This document shows positions 1-10,560 of a DNA stretch of 64,000 nucleotides, piece by piece (position 1 is the stretch's first letter; every line of letters begins with the position of its first letter). Both the position numbers and the translations under genes were made by a program. This DNA comes from Okamejei kenojei (taxonomy: Eukaryota): positions 19,716,001 to 19,780,000 of the forward strand of contig CM069162.1 of NCBI GenBank assembly GCA_035221665.1, written 5' to 3'. The notes beneath the pieces were generated by a model. That model was not told where the DNA came from, made no database searches, and saw only the letters and a list, made by a program, of their open reading frames with translations.

Positions 1-325
1 TTCCCGATGTTGGGGAACTCCAGAACAAGTGGTCACAGTTTAAGGATAAGGGGGAAGTCTTTTAGGACCGAGATGAGAAGACCATTTTTCACACAGAGTG
101 GTGAGTCTGTGGAATTCTCTGCCACAGAAGGTAGTTGAGGCCAGTTCATTGGCTATATTTAAGAGGGAGTTAGATGTGGCCCTTGTGGCTAAAGGGATCA
201 GGGGGTATGGAGAGAAGGCAGGTACAGGATACTGAGTTGGATGATCAGCCATGATCATATTGAATGGTGGTGCAGGCTCGAAGGACCAAATGGCCTACTC
301 CTGCACCTGTTAACTATGACTATGA
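1..325 (+). mobile_element. CR1-clade LINE 3' end (window-truncated)
   Basis: Encodes the CR1 ORF2 C-terminus (FFTQRVVSLWNSLPQKVVEASSL..) plus the family 3' UTR. Near-identical to the copies at 22000 and 28800. Confidence 0.9.
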
Positions 326-829
326 ATCTTGCTGGTTCAGATGGTCTCAGAGCCAAGCAAAGGGACCACGGTGATGTAACATGGAGTTAGATAAAATTAA
401 CACTTTCCACAAACCACCTCTAGACGTCAAACATCTTCTGAAGGCCTGTCCCAGCTTTGCCATCGGTCATAACCCATTGTTCAATATCTGACATTTGAAA
501 CATTTAGAAATATACTCATTTTACTTTATTCATAAATGTAGAAGCTAAAATAATTTTTAAAATTAAAAACATTAATCAAGGTGCATTAATCAAAACATAC
601 CTCTGTATAGTAAAAGCCGGCAGCACATGCACGGTTGAATGTTCCATGCTGAACTGTAAAAATCTAATCTATGCTTATTAACTTTGATAATTGAACTTTC
701 ATTAGAACAGATCTTATTGGAGCTCTTGTCTAAGCAAAGCTTTCTTTAAAAAAGAAATTCTGGACTCAAAATGACTTGTATGATTGAACTATCTTGAGGG
801 TCAAACATTGAAAATTTACAGGTGTAATC

Positions 830-1090
830 TAGGGTTTAGGTTTATTGTTGTCACGTGTACTGAGATATAGTGAAAAGCTTTGTACATTCTATTCAAACAT
901 ATCAAATATACTACACATACATCCAATTAAGCCACTAAAATACAATAAATAGAGCAGAATGCAGAATATAATTCCCAGCATAGTTGCGCATCAATTCCAC
1001 AAAGTTCAACGTTCACAATTGAGAAGTTGTGATTTGACGTTATCTTAACTAATGGAAAGATATTCAGAGGAATTGACAGGTAGATTAAAA
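830..1090 (-). mobile_element. Rex1/Babar-type LINE 3' tail
   Basis: gtttaggtttattgttgtcacgtgtactgagatatagtgaaaagctt is the reverse complement of the tail seen at 19000-19075. Confidence 0.55.
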
Positions 1091-2019
1091 TATTTATGCT
1101 AGTTTGGAATCATTGAGGTACCAATTATTCAGATGTTTGAAGATTATAAGAAATATAATCCAGTACTTTTGTTTACATTCGATTTAGATGCTGCCGCACC
1201 CGCAGAGTTTCTCCAGCACTTTTGTCTACCATAAGAAATAGAAGCATAGGAGTATTAGCAAATTTACAACATAGGAGAAGGCAATTGGTCCAGTGTGCCT
1301 GTACTGGTGTTGGGACTACCCAAAATAATCCCACCTTCCAGTGCTAGGTCCCTATTTCTGGAAGTAATGCTCTTCCTGTACATATCCAAGTCCTTTCTAA
1401 ATTAGATAGGAGTTTGGTCACCTGGTTGAAGAAAAAATTCTCATCTGCCCTCTTGCCTCCACCAATTACTTTAAATGTTTCCCTCCTGATTTAGTCACAG
1501 TGAATAAAGGGAATAGATCTTTCCACATTGGAAACACATCTAGGCTCTCGAAGCTCGTCTTCCAAAACTGGAGTAGGAGCTGGGACAACAGTACTTCAAT
1601 TGGGACAACTACACTTGAGCCAGGAAAACTTCACTTGTGCTGGCTGTGCCATTTAAGAAAGGTTACAATTGTTCTGTACCTCAAATTCATTTTTCCTGGT
1701 CACTTTCCATAATCACACCATTCTGTTCCATTTCAAAAAATAAACAAACTCGGCTTTGAATGTACCCAGGGTCTGAGTATTTAGAACCACTGATAGTACA
1801 GAATTCTAAAGATGAGGTCATCTGTTCTAAAAACAATTCTCCCCTCAGTTCTAAATGTTCCTGTTTCATCCTGAGATATCACCACTAATTTTAGATTTTA
1901 TAACATGAGGAAAGTATCTTTCAGCATCTCAGAATAATCTCTTCCAGATATTATACTCAGACTATGAGAAATTGCAGAGAGTTGTGAATGCAGCTCAATC
2001 CACCCTTCTCATTGACTTA

Positions 2020-2661
2020 AGGGCCTGTCCCACTTACGTGTCCTTGGCACCTCGTGTTTGCGTTGAGCCACGATGGTCCCGCGCGATTTCATTGTACGCA
2101 CAGCCGTCTGGAGCGTGTGACGTCATTTGAAGATGGACACAAAGCTGGAGTAACTCAGCGGGACTGGCAGCATCTCTGGAGAGAAGCAATGGGTGTCGTT
2201 TCGTGTTGAGACTCTTCAATCTGAAAAGAAGGGTCTTGACCCGAAACGTCACCCATTGCTTCTCTCCAGAGATGCTGCCGGTCCCGCTGAGTTACTCCTG
2301 TGTCCATCTTCAATTTTCTTGGCCCCGCTCTGGGAGTAGAAGTGGGGGCGGATCCGGACCGCAACGGCCGTGAGCTCCAGGCCGAGCTCGGCGGTCGTTT
2401 GCCTGCTTCTGCTGCTGTTTGAGGTGAGACATTGTGTCGCGCCAGGGTCTTGGGCCCATCCCACTTTGGCCGGTGGTTCCGCGACAGATTCAGTTCGCTA
2501 CATAAATTTCGGAGCCCCATGCGAAGTCGCGCATAACCACATACCCCTCTGCGATTCTCAGTGGGACCGGCCCCACGCTGCCATACGATGCCCGTGCGCC
2601 TCAACGCGACCACGAGGTCGCGTAATATGCGTGCCAAGGACACGTAAGTGGGACAGTCCCT
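2020..2661. mobile_element. PIF/Harbinger-like MITE, ~640 bp
   Basis: 31-bp TIRs AGGGCCTGTCCCACTTACGTGTCCTTGGCAC (2020-2050) and GTGCCAAGGACACGTAAGTGGGACAGTCCCT (2631-2661), 30/31 match. Flanks TTA/TTG. GC/CpG-rich interior. Confidence 0.8.
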
Positions 2662-2787
2662 TTGATCTACATTTCACGCTGCTCGGGAATGTAAACAATG
2701 TAATCAAAGGCCAACTATACCCTAGTCATTTCCTCTTCTCCCGTCTCAGGTTGGTCAAAAACCTGAAACACAAATCATCAGATTCAG

Positions 2788-2892
2788 GATAGACACAAAA
2801 AGCTGGAGTAACTCGGCGGGACAGGCAGCATCTCTGGAGAGAAGGAATGGGTGGCGTTTTAGGCCGAGACCCTTCCTCAACCAAAACTTAAC
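2788..2892 (-). mobile_element. Penelope-tail short insertion
   Basis: Reverse complement of the family sequence, flanked by a TCATCAGATTCAG direct repeat (2775-2787 / 2893-2905). Confidence 0.75.
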
Positions 2893-3109
2893 TCATCAGA
2901 TTCAGTAACAGCTTCTTGCCCGCAGTTATCAGACAGTTGAACGGACCTCCCATTAGCTAAAGATGTAGTCCCAATCATGCCACCAATCTGGTTGTGGACC
3001 TTGCACTTTCTTTATCTGCACTTTCTCTGTAACTCTAAAACCATAATTCTGCACTCTGTTTCAAGAGTCGAATGGTTTATTGTCATATGTTCTGAAATGG
3101 AACAATGAT

Positions 3110-3520
3110 TGATGCCCTTTTAGACCAGCTACGAACCTCAGACCTCAGTAATGCGAGATTGAAGATGTCGGCAAAAACTCCAGTCATTTGGTCCACACGG
3201 GTTTTGTGAATGCGACCAGTAATCTATCAGGTCCAGACGCTTTCCGAGGGTTCACTCTCCTGAAGGATCTTCTGACATTGGCATCCTTGACTGAGATTGT
3301 AATACCATCGGGGGGGCTATGGGAGTGCAGGAAGGCACATCAGTATTCTCCCTATCAAAGCGTGCATAGAATGCAACGAGCTCTTCTGTTAGTGATGTCT
3401 CCCTGTCCCTTGGTTTCACCTTGTAGGAAGTGATGGTGTGTGAGCTCTGGCATAGGTGCTGAACTTCTGCCTGATCCTCTAGTTCACAGGCGAAAGTCTC
3501 TAGTGCCCCGCCATTCACTG
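3110..3520 (-). mobile_element. Rex1/Babar LINE RT-upstream fragment
   Basis: The - strand encodes SLTEELVAFYARFD.. (ORF 3252-3548), followed by KASGPD..DIFNL-like sequence typical of Rex1 ORF2. Confidence 0.65.
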
Positions 3521-4684
3521 AAGGCCCTGCCTTGATTTGACTTCCCAAAATGCAGCACCTCTCCTCATCCCAAGAAATTTTGTTTCAAATTTGAGTCTGA
3601 GAGACTTTTTAATTATCCAGCTTATTAATGATAATGGAAATTAAATAAAATAGAATGTGCTGGGAATACTCACCAAATTAAACGACACCCATGGGAGAAA
3701 AAAATGGTTAATATTTCAGATACCACTGAAGTATTAACTGTTTTTCGCTCTCACAGATGCTGCTTGACTTGCTGAGTATTTGCCACATTTCCAGTTTTTA
3801 TTTCAGATTTCCAGAATCTGCAATACTTTGCCATTTGATGAAAGAGACCGAGTTAGATCTTCAGTTAAGATCTAATTGAATAGTGAAATGGGTTTGAGAG
3901 ATTGAATGTGCTATTTGCATTCCACTGCTCTCGTTTAATTTTGGATGGGAATGTTTCCTTGTCGATTTGAGGTTTTCCTCAACTATGGAGGTTGGTAAAA
4001 ATGTTAAGTTAGATTACAATTTTCAATGTACAAAATTATCAAATAATGTTATGGACTTTATAGTTTTGCTGCATAAGTCTAAGGTGGTAAAATTTTGAGA
4101 TGAGCAAGTAATGAATTACTAATTTAAAAAACTGCGCTAATAAAAAAGCTCTACTTGTGTGAATTGATGCTTATTATTATACAAGGAATGTTTTTTTATA
4201 TTTAGGCCTTAATTTTGAAGTGAGAATAATAGGTTAAATGGTACTTGCTGTCACCATGAAGCCAATCGGGCACCCACTTCCAGTGTATGCATTTCTCCAG
4301 TTATTTTTTGAAATTAAAAATATGTATAGTCTGCTAAGAGAAGCCTTAACTGTACGTTCATGGAAGTCTGGCCCTTGAAATCAATTTAAGGGTATGAATG
4401 GAAGCAGTAAGCAGTGATTTACTGCTAATTGCTCTTTAAATGTGTCACGAGTTGATATGGTAATGTATTCTAGCAATGGTGAATTTCTAATGGTACATCA
4501 TTCATAATTGTTTACAAAGAAACATTTCTTGCCAAAAACGTGCCGTGCAATTTCCACCATCCCCTCGCCTTTATGTGGTTTATTTCCAATTATTTTATTT
4601 TTCCACCTCCTATTTTTGGGCATTATTTTCACCTAATATGCAATAAAACCTCTTGACTTCTAAAACAGTTTTTGAAGAAGGAAC

Positions 4685-6400
4685 GAAAAAGGTTGATGAG
4701 GACAAAGCTGTAGATGTTGTCTATATGGATTTCAGCAAGGCATTTGATAAGCTTCCACATGGTCGACTGTAAGGTTGGATCACATGGGAACAAGGGAGAA
4801 TAGCTGACTGGATAAAGAATTGGCATCATGGAACGAAGCAGAGGGTAATGGTGGAAGGTTGTTTTTTGGACTCGAGGGCTGTGATTAGGGATCGGTGCTG
4901 GATCCATTGCTATTTTTTGATTATATCACCAATTTGCATGAGAATGTAGAAGGTTTGATCAGTAAGTTTGCAGATAACAAAGATGGTCATCAAAAATTAT
5001 GGCTGTATTTTGGTCACTTGGGCAAGTGGTCTGAGGAATGGTTAATGGAGTTTAAGGTAGGTCAGTGTACTTAATTACTTACTGCTTATTATGCTTCCTG
5101 GCATGTAGGGCAGCAACGAAGATCCTCCACTCCTGTCTGTTCTAGGCTAGCTTCTGGACACTATCCCAGGTCAGGTCCGTTGTTTTCATTTCCTCCTCTA
5201 TAGTTTGACACCAGGTGGTCTCCCTCTTCCTTTTCCCTTTTGGTGTCCAGTGCAGGGCTATTCTTGGGATGCTGTCTGGTTCTCTTACATTCATCCTAGC
5301 ATCTGTCGATAGCCCTGGAAGTCCATCATGCCCAGTAGTGTTGATTCCTTCAGTTGCTGTTTCCGTAACACATTTGTTTTACGAGACAGGGTTGTTAGCC
5401 TTGTGCTCAACCTCCAACCTGGAGGACCAGTGGGTCGCTTTTCGTCTCGCCTCTGCCCTTTGACCTGTCGAGCATGGGAGACCCTTACAGGAGACAAATC
5501 TCCCGCTGGCATAGCTCGAGGGGTCACTGAGACGCACGAGCTCCACGACCACGACAAGGTTGCAATCCAACACTAGGTCAGTGTGAGGTGTTGCATTTTG
5601 GGATGTCAAACTAGGGTAGGACCTTTTCAGTGAGTGGCAAGGTGCTGAGAAGTGTTGTAGAGCAGAGGGATCTAGGAATGCAGGCACATTGTTCTTTGAA
5701 AGTGGCATCAAAGGTAGATAGAGTGGTCATGAAGGCTTTTGGTACATTGGCCTTCATCGGTCAGGGTATTGAGGATAGGATTTGGGATGTTATGTTACAG
5801 CTGTAAAAGACGTTGGTAAGGAGGCATTTGGAGTATCATGTTCAGTTTTGTCGCCCTGCTATAGGAAGGATATTATTAAGGTGGACAAAGTGCAGAGGCG
5901 ATTTACAAGGAAGTTGTAAGGACTTGAGGGCCTGAGCTATAGAGAGAGATAGAATAGGTTAGGACTATAATCCTTGGAGTGCAGGAGGATGAGGGGTGAT
6001 CTTATAGAGGTGTATAAGATCATGAGGGGGAATAGATAGTGATTGGACAGTTTTTAACCCAGAGTAAGGGAATCAAGAATCAGAGAATATAGGTATATGG
6101 TGAAAGGGGAACATTTCATAGGAACCTGAGAGTCAGCTTTATCACATAGAGGGTGGTAGGTATATGAAATGAGCTGCCAGAGGAGATATTTGAGGCAGAT
6201 ACTATCATAACATTTAAAAGACATTTGGACAGGTTCATAAATAGGAAAGGTTTAGTGGGATATGGGCCAAAATAGGATAGGTTTAGAATGGATATGGGCC
6301 AAACGTAGACAGGTGGGAGTAGTGTAGATGGGGCATCTTGGTCGGCATGGCCAACTTGAACCTAAGGGCCTGTTACCTTGCTCGATGATTCTGACTCTAG
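4685..6400 (+). mobile_element. Decayed CR1 LINE (RT domain to 3' UTR), split by an RTE-type insertion
   Basis: AVDVVYMDFSKAFDK, SKFAD, CEVLHFG, GDLIEVYKIMRG and RVVGI*NELP motifs with stops and frameshifts. Confidence 0.9.
5069..5573 (-). mobile_element. Internally deleted non-autonomous RTE-type element
   Basis: 11-bp TSD TAGGTCAGTGT (5058-5068 / 5574-5584). RTE-like 5' UTR motif (GGTCCTCCAGGTTGGAGGTTGAGCACAAGGCTAACAACCC) joined to an ORF end (GKRKRGRP..RQEWRIFVAALHA) and a (TAAG)n tail. Confidence 0.8.
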
Positions 6401-6429
6401 TTTTGTCGATTGTGCTTAGCATTGTGACA

Positions 6430-6560
6430 ATGACTTCAGTCTGAGATTATTTGCGTTCCTCCTGGGTGCTTTAGTGCAGACATCCCAAAAGTGCAAGTAG
6501 GTTAACTGGTTATTTTTAATTGCCCTAGAATCGGGGTGGAGTTGACAGTCATATGAGAGA
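6430..6560 (+). mobile_element. V-SINE/HE1-like core, decayed
   Basis: gcgttcctcctgggtgct..catcccaaaagtgcaagtaggttaactggt..aattgccctag resembles the V-domain. Confidence 0.5.
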
Positions 6561-6672
6561 GAATAATTCGTATGAGCTTTAAATGGTTTTTTTTGACCAG
6601 CACAAATATAATGAACCAAATAGTCGTGAGTTTTGTAAATTTTCTGATTCTTTCACTGTCTTGATTGCACAG

Positions 6673-6844
6673 GTTATTCATGCTTGGGTGGTTCTTTATA
6701 ACATGGAAATTTATGTGGAAGACGTATCATAATATCTGGGTAGAGATTGGTAGCACAGTGGGGTCCAAGGGTCCAGAAACCACCTCTGCAGCCCATCATA
6801 TTCGCTTTTTTTTGCTTCGATGTTGGATTTTGTTTTTTTTCATT
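6673..6844 (+). CDS. Candidate alternative upstream EIF4G3 exon; ATG at 6680 gives MLGWFFITWKFMWKTYHNIW...RFFLLRCWILFFFI
   Basis: Pyrimidine tract plus gcacAG acceptor and a consensus GTAAGT donor. The open frame ends in phase 0, in frame with exon 13036. Not recognisably repeat-derived. Confidence 0.5.
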
Positions 6845-8437
6845 GTAAGTACAGACCTAGTTTTAAAAGAAAAGTGTTTTGTCAAAGAATATATCTGCTA
6901 ATTGGGAACTGTATAGCCTCACTGGATTAAAAACAGTTCCATGCAGCTGCTTAGCTATTATTTATTCAAAAGTGGGTCCTTTTTGAATATGCTATGAATC
7001 AAGTCGAACTTATCATTTTCATGCTTGTTCTAATGATAGACGCCGATTCTGTTGACTCTGCAATGTCGCCTCAAGATTGCAATGTTAGCCAGTAGTGTAG
7101 TGTATTATTATTACGTGCTGAGGTAAAGTGCAGAGCTTTCATTGGGTGCTATCCAGTCAAAGAGAAGACCATACATGATTACAATCAAGCCCCAAGTCCA
7201 CAAGTATACAGATAAAGTATACAACGTGTACTGCAAGATGAAGTCCAATAAAGTCTAATTAAAGATAATTAGGTCTTTGTACCTTTAATTTGGTTTCACT
7301 TTTTTGTCAATTTCCTGGTTCTTATTTGCTGAAATTGAAAATGTTCCCAGTTTACTGTTTACTGTTCTCTGGCAACATATTAGCTTTTACTCTTTAATGT
7401 GATGCTGTAACGTTCATGCATTTGCCTCAGTTATGGTGAAGCAACTCCTTCAGTCTGCAAGGATGCCCCTCGGCCTATATTTTCCCCTTCAAGCTCATAA
7501 TTCCATTCTGATCTCTCTCTAGCCTCCTTTATTGCTCAATGAAGCCCAACATGAACACGCAGCAGTCTTTGGGATTCAATATTGAATTTATCAATTTCGG
7601 ATAAGCCCCTATTTGTTTTCTCTCTACAAATGTGGGCATACCTCTAAGTTTCAATCTGCTTTTTTCCCCGCAGGCTTTTACAATACGTGTAACATGAAGA
7701 TCCTTAATCTGCACCCTATCCCCGTTTCCCCGTAGATGCTTGCCCTGTTGAATCTTTCCAGCATTTTCTTTGCTTTTGTTTTTGGATTTCTAGCAGCTGC
7801 AATGAATCTATGAATTTTAATTTCTCTTGTTAACCATGGATAGATTTTCTGTTGATTTTGTGCTTAAAAGGAATAGAAATGTGTTATGAACCATGTATTT
7901 ATTCTTCAAACATTGTGTTTGTTTGTATACTGTTATTCCGTTTAATGTAATTACCCAAACTACCATTGTCAATTCAAACTTTATCCTTGAAGTGTGTTTT
8001 TAGGCTTGGGACCCTATTTTTGACCAAGCTAAGTTGAATTGCCCTCTAAGTCTGTTTACTATTACATTTCACTGCACAATAATAGATCTAAAATAGCCTG
8101 TTGTCTTCACAGTTTTTCAAAATCTTGCATATCAATTTATATTCATTCTGAATTTGTCCTCCATACAGTTAACTGGTAATTTTGGTATATGTACATTCCC
8201 TGTGATAACTGTTTATCCTTTGTTCTGTATATCTCAATGTTCCTGATTTGTACTGTGCTCTACATTACCAGGTCTGTGAACAGCTCTTATCAATGTTTTA
8301 TTTGATCCAACTTACTGTTTCCGAGCTCCACAAAAGCTAATTCTACTTTTGATTTACCAAATTATTATTTTCTCTCTCTGCTGTCTTTTTCCTACCCCTT
8401 TTCATCCAGCTCATCTTACATTTTGTCTATCACTTTT

Positions 8438-9909
8438 ATAACCATATAACAATTACAGCACGGAAACAGGCCCTCTCGGCCCTTCCAGTCCGTGCCGACC
8501 ATTTGTTTTCCCCTAGTCCCATCTACCTGCACTCAGACCATACCCCTCCATTCCCTTCACGTCCATATACCTATCCACTTTACTCTTAAATGTTAAAATC
8601 GATCCTGCCTCCACCACTTCTGCTGGAAGCTCATTCCACACAGCCACCACCCTCTGAGTAAAGAAGTTCCCCCTCACATTACCCCGAAACCTCTGTCCCT
8701 TAATTCTCATGTCATGCCCTCTTGTTTGAATCTTCCCTACCCTCAATGGGAAAAACGTATCCACGTCAACTCTGTCTATCCCTTTCATCATTTTAAAGAC
8801 CTCAATCAAGTCCCCTCTTAACCTTCTGCGCTCCAAAGAATAAAGACCTAACTTGTTCAACCTTTCTCTGTAACATAGTTGCTGGAACCCTGGCAACATT
8901 CTAGTAAATCTCCTCTGTACTCTCTCTATTTTGTTGACATCCTTCCTATAACTAGGCGACCAAAATTGTACACCATACTCCAGAATTGGTCTTACCAATG
9001 CCTTGTACAATTTTAACATTACTTCCCTACTCCTATATTCAATGCTCTGATTTATAAAGGCCAGCACACCAAAGGCTTTCTTTACCACCCTATCTACATG
9101 CGATTCCACCTTCAGGGAACTATGCACAGTTATTCCTAGATCCCTCTGTTCCACAGCATTCCTCAATTCCCTACCATTTACCATGTACGTCCTATTTTGA
9201 TTTGTCCTGCCAAGATGTAGCACTTCACACTTATCAGCATTAAACTCCATCTGCCATCTTTCAGCCCACTTTTCCAAATGGCCCAAATCTCTCTGTAGAC
9301 TTTGAAAATCTACTTCATTATCCACAACACCACCTATCTTAGTATCATCTGCATACTTACTTATCCAATTTTCCACCCCATCATCCAGATCATTGATGTA
9401 CATGACAAACAACAGTGGACCCAACACAGATCCCTGAGGCACCCCACTGGTCACCGGCTTCCAACCTGACAAACAGCCATCCACCATTACTCTCTGACAT
9501 CTCCCATTCAGCCACTGTTGAATCCATCTTGCTACTCCGCCATTAACACCCAAAGATTGAACCTTCTGAACCAACCTTCCATGGGGAACCTTGTCAAAGG
9601 CCTTACTGAAATCCATATAGACAACATCCACTGCTTTACCCTCATCAATTTCCCTAGTTACCGCTTCAAAAAATTCAAGAAGGTTTGTCAAACATGACCT
9701 TCCAGGCACAAATCCATGTTGACTGTTCCTGATCAGACCCTGTTTATCCAGATGCTTATATATATTATCTCTAAGTATCCTTTCCATTAATTTGCCCACC
9801 ACTGACGTCAAACTAATAGGTCTATAATTGCTAGGTTTATTCTTTGAACCCTTTTTAAACAATGGAACAACATGCGCAGTACGCCAATCCTCCGGCACTA
9901 TTCCCGTTT
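8438..9909 (-). mobile_element. Young 5'-truncated CR1 LINE
   Basis: Contains the uninterrupted ORF below, a ~70-bp 3' UTR and a short GTTATATGGTTAT tail. Confidence 0.95.
8513..9898 (-). CDS. CR1 ORF2 reverse transcriptase domain plus C-terminus (461 aa, no endonuclease)
   Basis: NYRPISLTSVVGK, QHGF, YMDFSKAFD, GVPQGSVLGPLLF and YADD motifs. No stops or frameshifts. Confidence 0.93.
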   Translation of the reverse strand: MPEDWRTAHVVPLFKKGSKNKPSNYRPISLTSVVGKLMERILRDNIYKHLDKQGLIRNSQHGFVPGRSCLTNLLEFFEAVTREIDEGKAVDVVYMDFSKAFDKVPHGRLVQKVQSLGVNGGVARWIQQWLNGRCQRVMVDGCLSGWKPVTSGVPQGSVLGPLLFVMYINDLDDGVENWISKYADDTKIGGVVDNEVDFQSLQRDLGHLEKWAERWQMEFNADKCEVLHLGRTNQNRTYMVNGRELRNAVEQRDLGITVHSSLKVESHVDRVVKKAFGVLAFINQSIEYRSREVMLKLYKALVRPILEYGVQFWSPSYRKDVNKIERVQRRFTRMLPGFQQLCYRERLNKLGLYSLERRRLRGDLIEVFKMMKGIDRVDVDTFFPLRVGKIQTRGHDMRIKGQRFRGNVRGNFFTQRVVAVWNELPAEVVEAGSILTFKSKVDRYMDVKGMEGYGLSAGRWD

Positions 9910-10079
9910 TAAAATGTTATCAATTTGCAACCACGTGTCTTCAGTGACCGTCAGATAATAACCAATTATTTATTTTATCTGAATGTTACAGATATTTCAA
10001 GTATTCAGATCTAATACTTCCTGTTTTGTGTTTGTACCATCTTTGTCTACTCTACCTTTAATTCGAGTTGTTAGATAAA

Positions 10080-10560
10080 CAAGGAGCTGCATGTGCTGGT
10101 TTACAAAGAAGAATGCAAACTGGAATAACTCAATGGGTCACACAGCATCTCTGGGGAATAGGGGCAAGCGACTTTTCAGGTTGGGACTCTTCAGACTGGT
10201 TGTGGGGGGAGGGGGGGGGGAAGAAAAGCTGGCAAGAAATATGTAGATACAGGAGAATATATATTTTTAATATATAGATTTTAGATGAACAAAGTCCAAA
10301 GATAATAAGACAAAAGGTGTGAGGTAAGGCTAGAAGTGCGAATTGTGAAGCTGGGGGAAGGAGCGTGGGTGGAGGGCAGGGAAGAAATGCATACATGTCC
10401 AAGTGGGGCACAGGCAAAGGGGGGACATAGCGGGTTGAAGTTAGTTACCTAAGTTGGAGAATTTGAAGCTCATATGGTTTTATTGAAATATACCCATGTG
10501 GAATGTGAGATATTTTTCTAGTTTGCATGTGGTTCGTATTCCGATTGGCAAGCTTACGTC
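10080..10560 (-). mobile_element. Penelope-like element 3' region and tail, decayed
   Basis: Reverse complement of the family tail followed by purine-rich spacer and GIY-YIG C-terminal-like sequence; compare 25920-26620 and 50440-50650. Confidence 0.6.

Larger units (their letters stand above)
1955..3060 (+). mobile_element. Rex1/Babar-type LINE 3' fragment, interrupted by a MITE and a Penelope-tail insertion
   Basis: Decayed ..KLQRVVNAAQS..LID/IYISRCSG..IKGQLYPSHFLFS..RFSNSF motifs continue on both sides of the insertions. Confidence 0.65.

Noticed and set aside
441-456. AAGGCCTGTCCCA, resembling the Harbinger MITE TIR
   Set aside because: Only a short match, with no partner TIR.
2034-2792. 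ORFs of 71-162 aa
   Set aside because: They lie in the GC-rich MITE and palindrome. No protein motifs or splice structure.
5500-5573. Possible HDV-like ribozyme at the RTE element's 5' end (ACC-UUGUCGU-GGU hairpin after GAUUGCA)
   Set aside because: No P1 5' strand or P2 3' strand (UGCAAUC) was found, so the fold cannot be completed.
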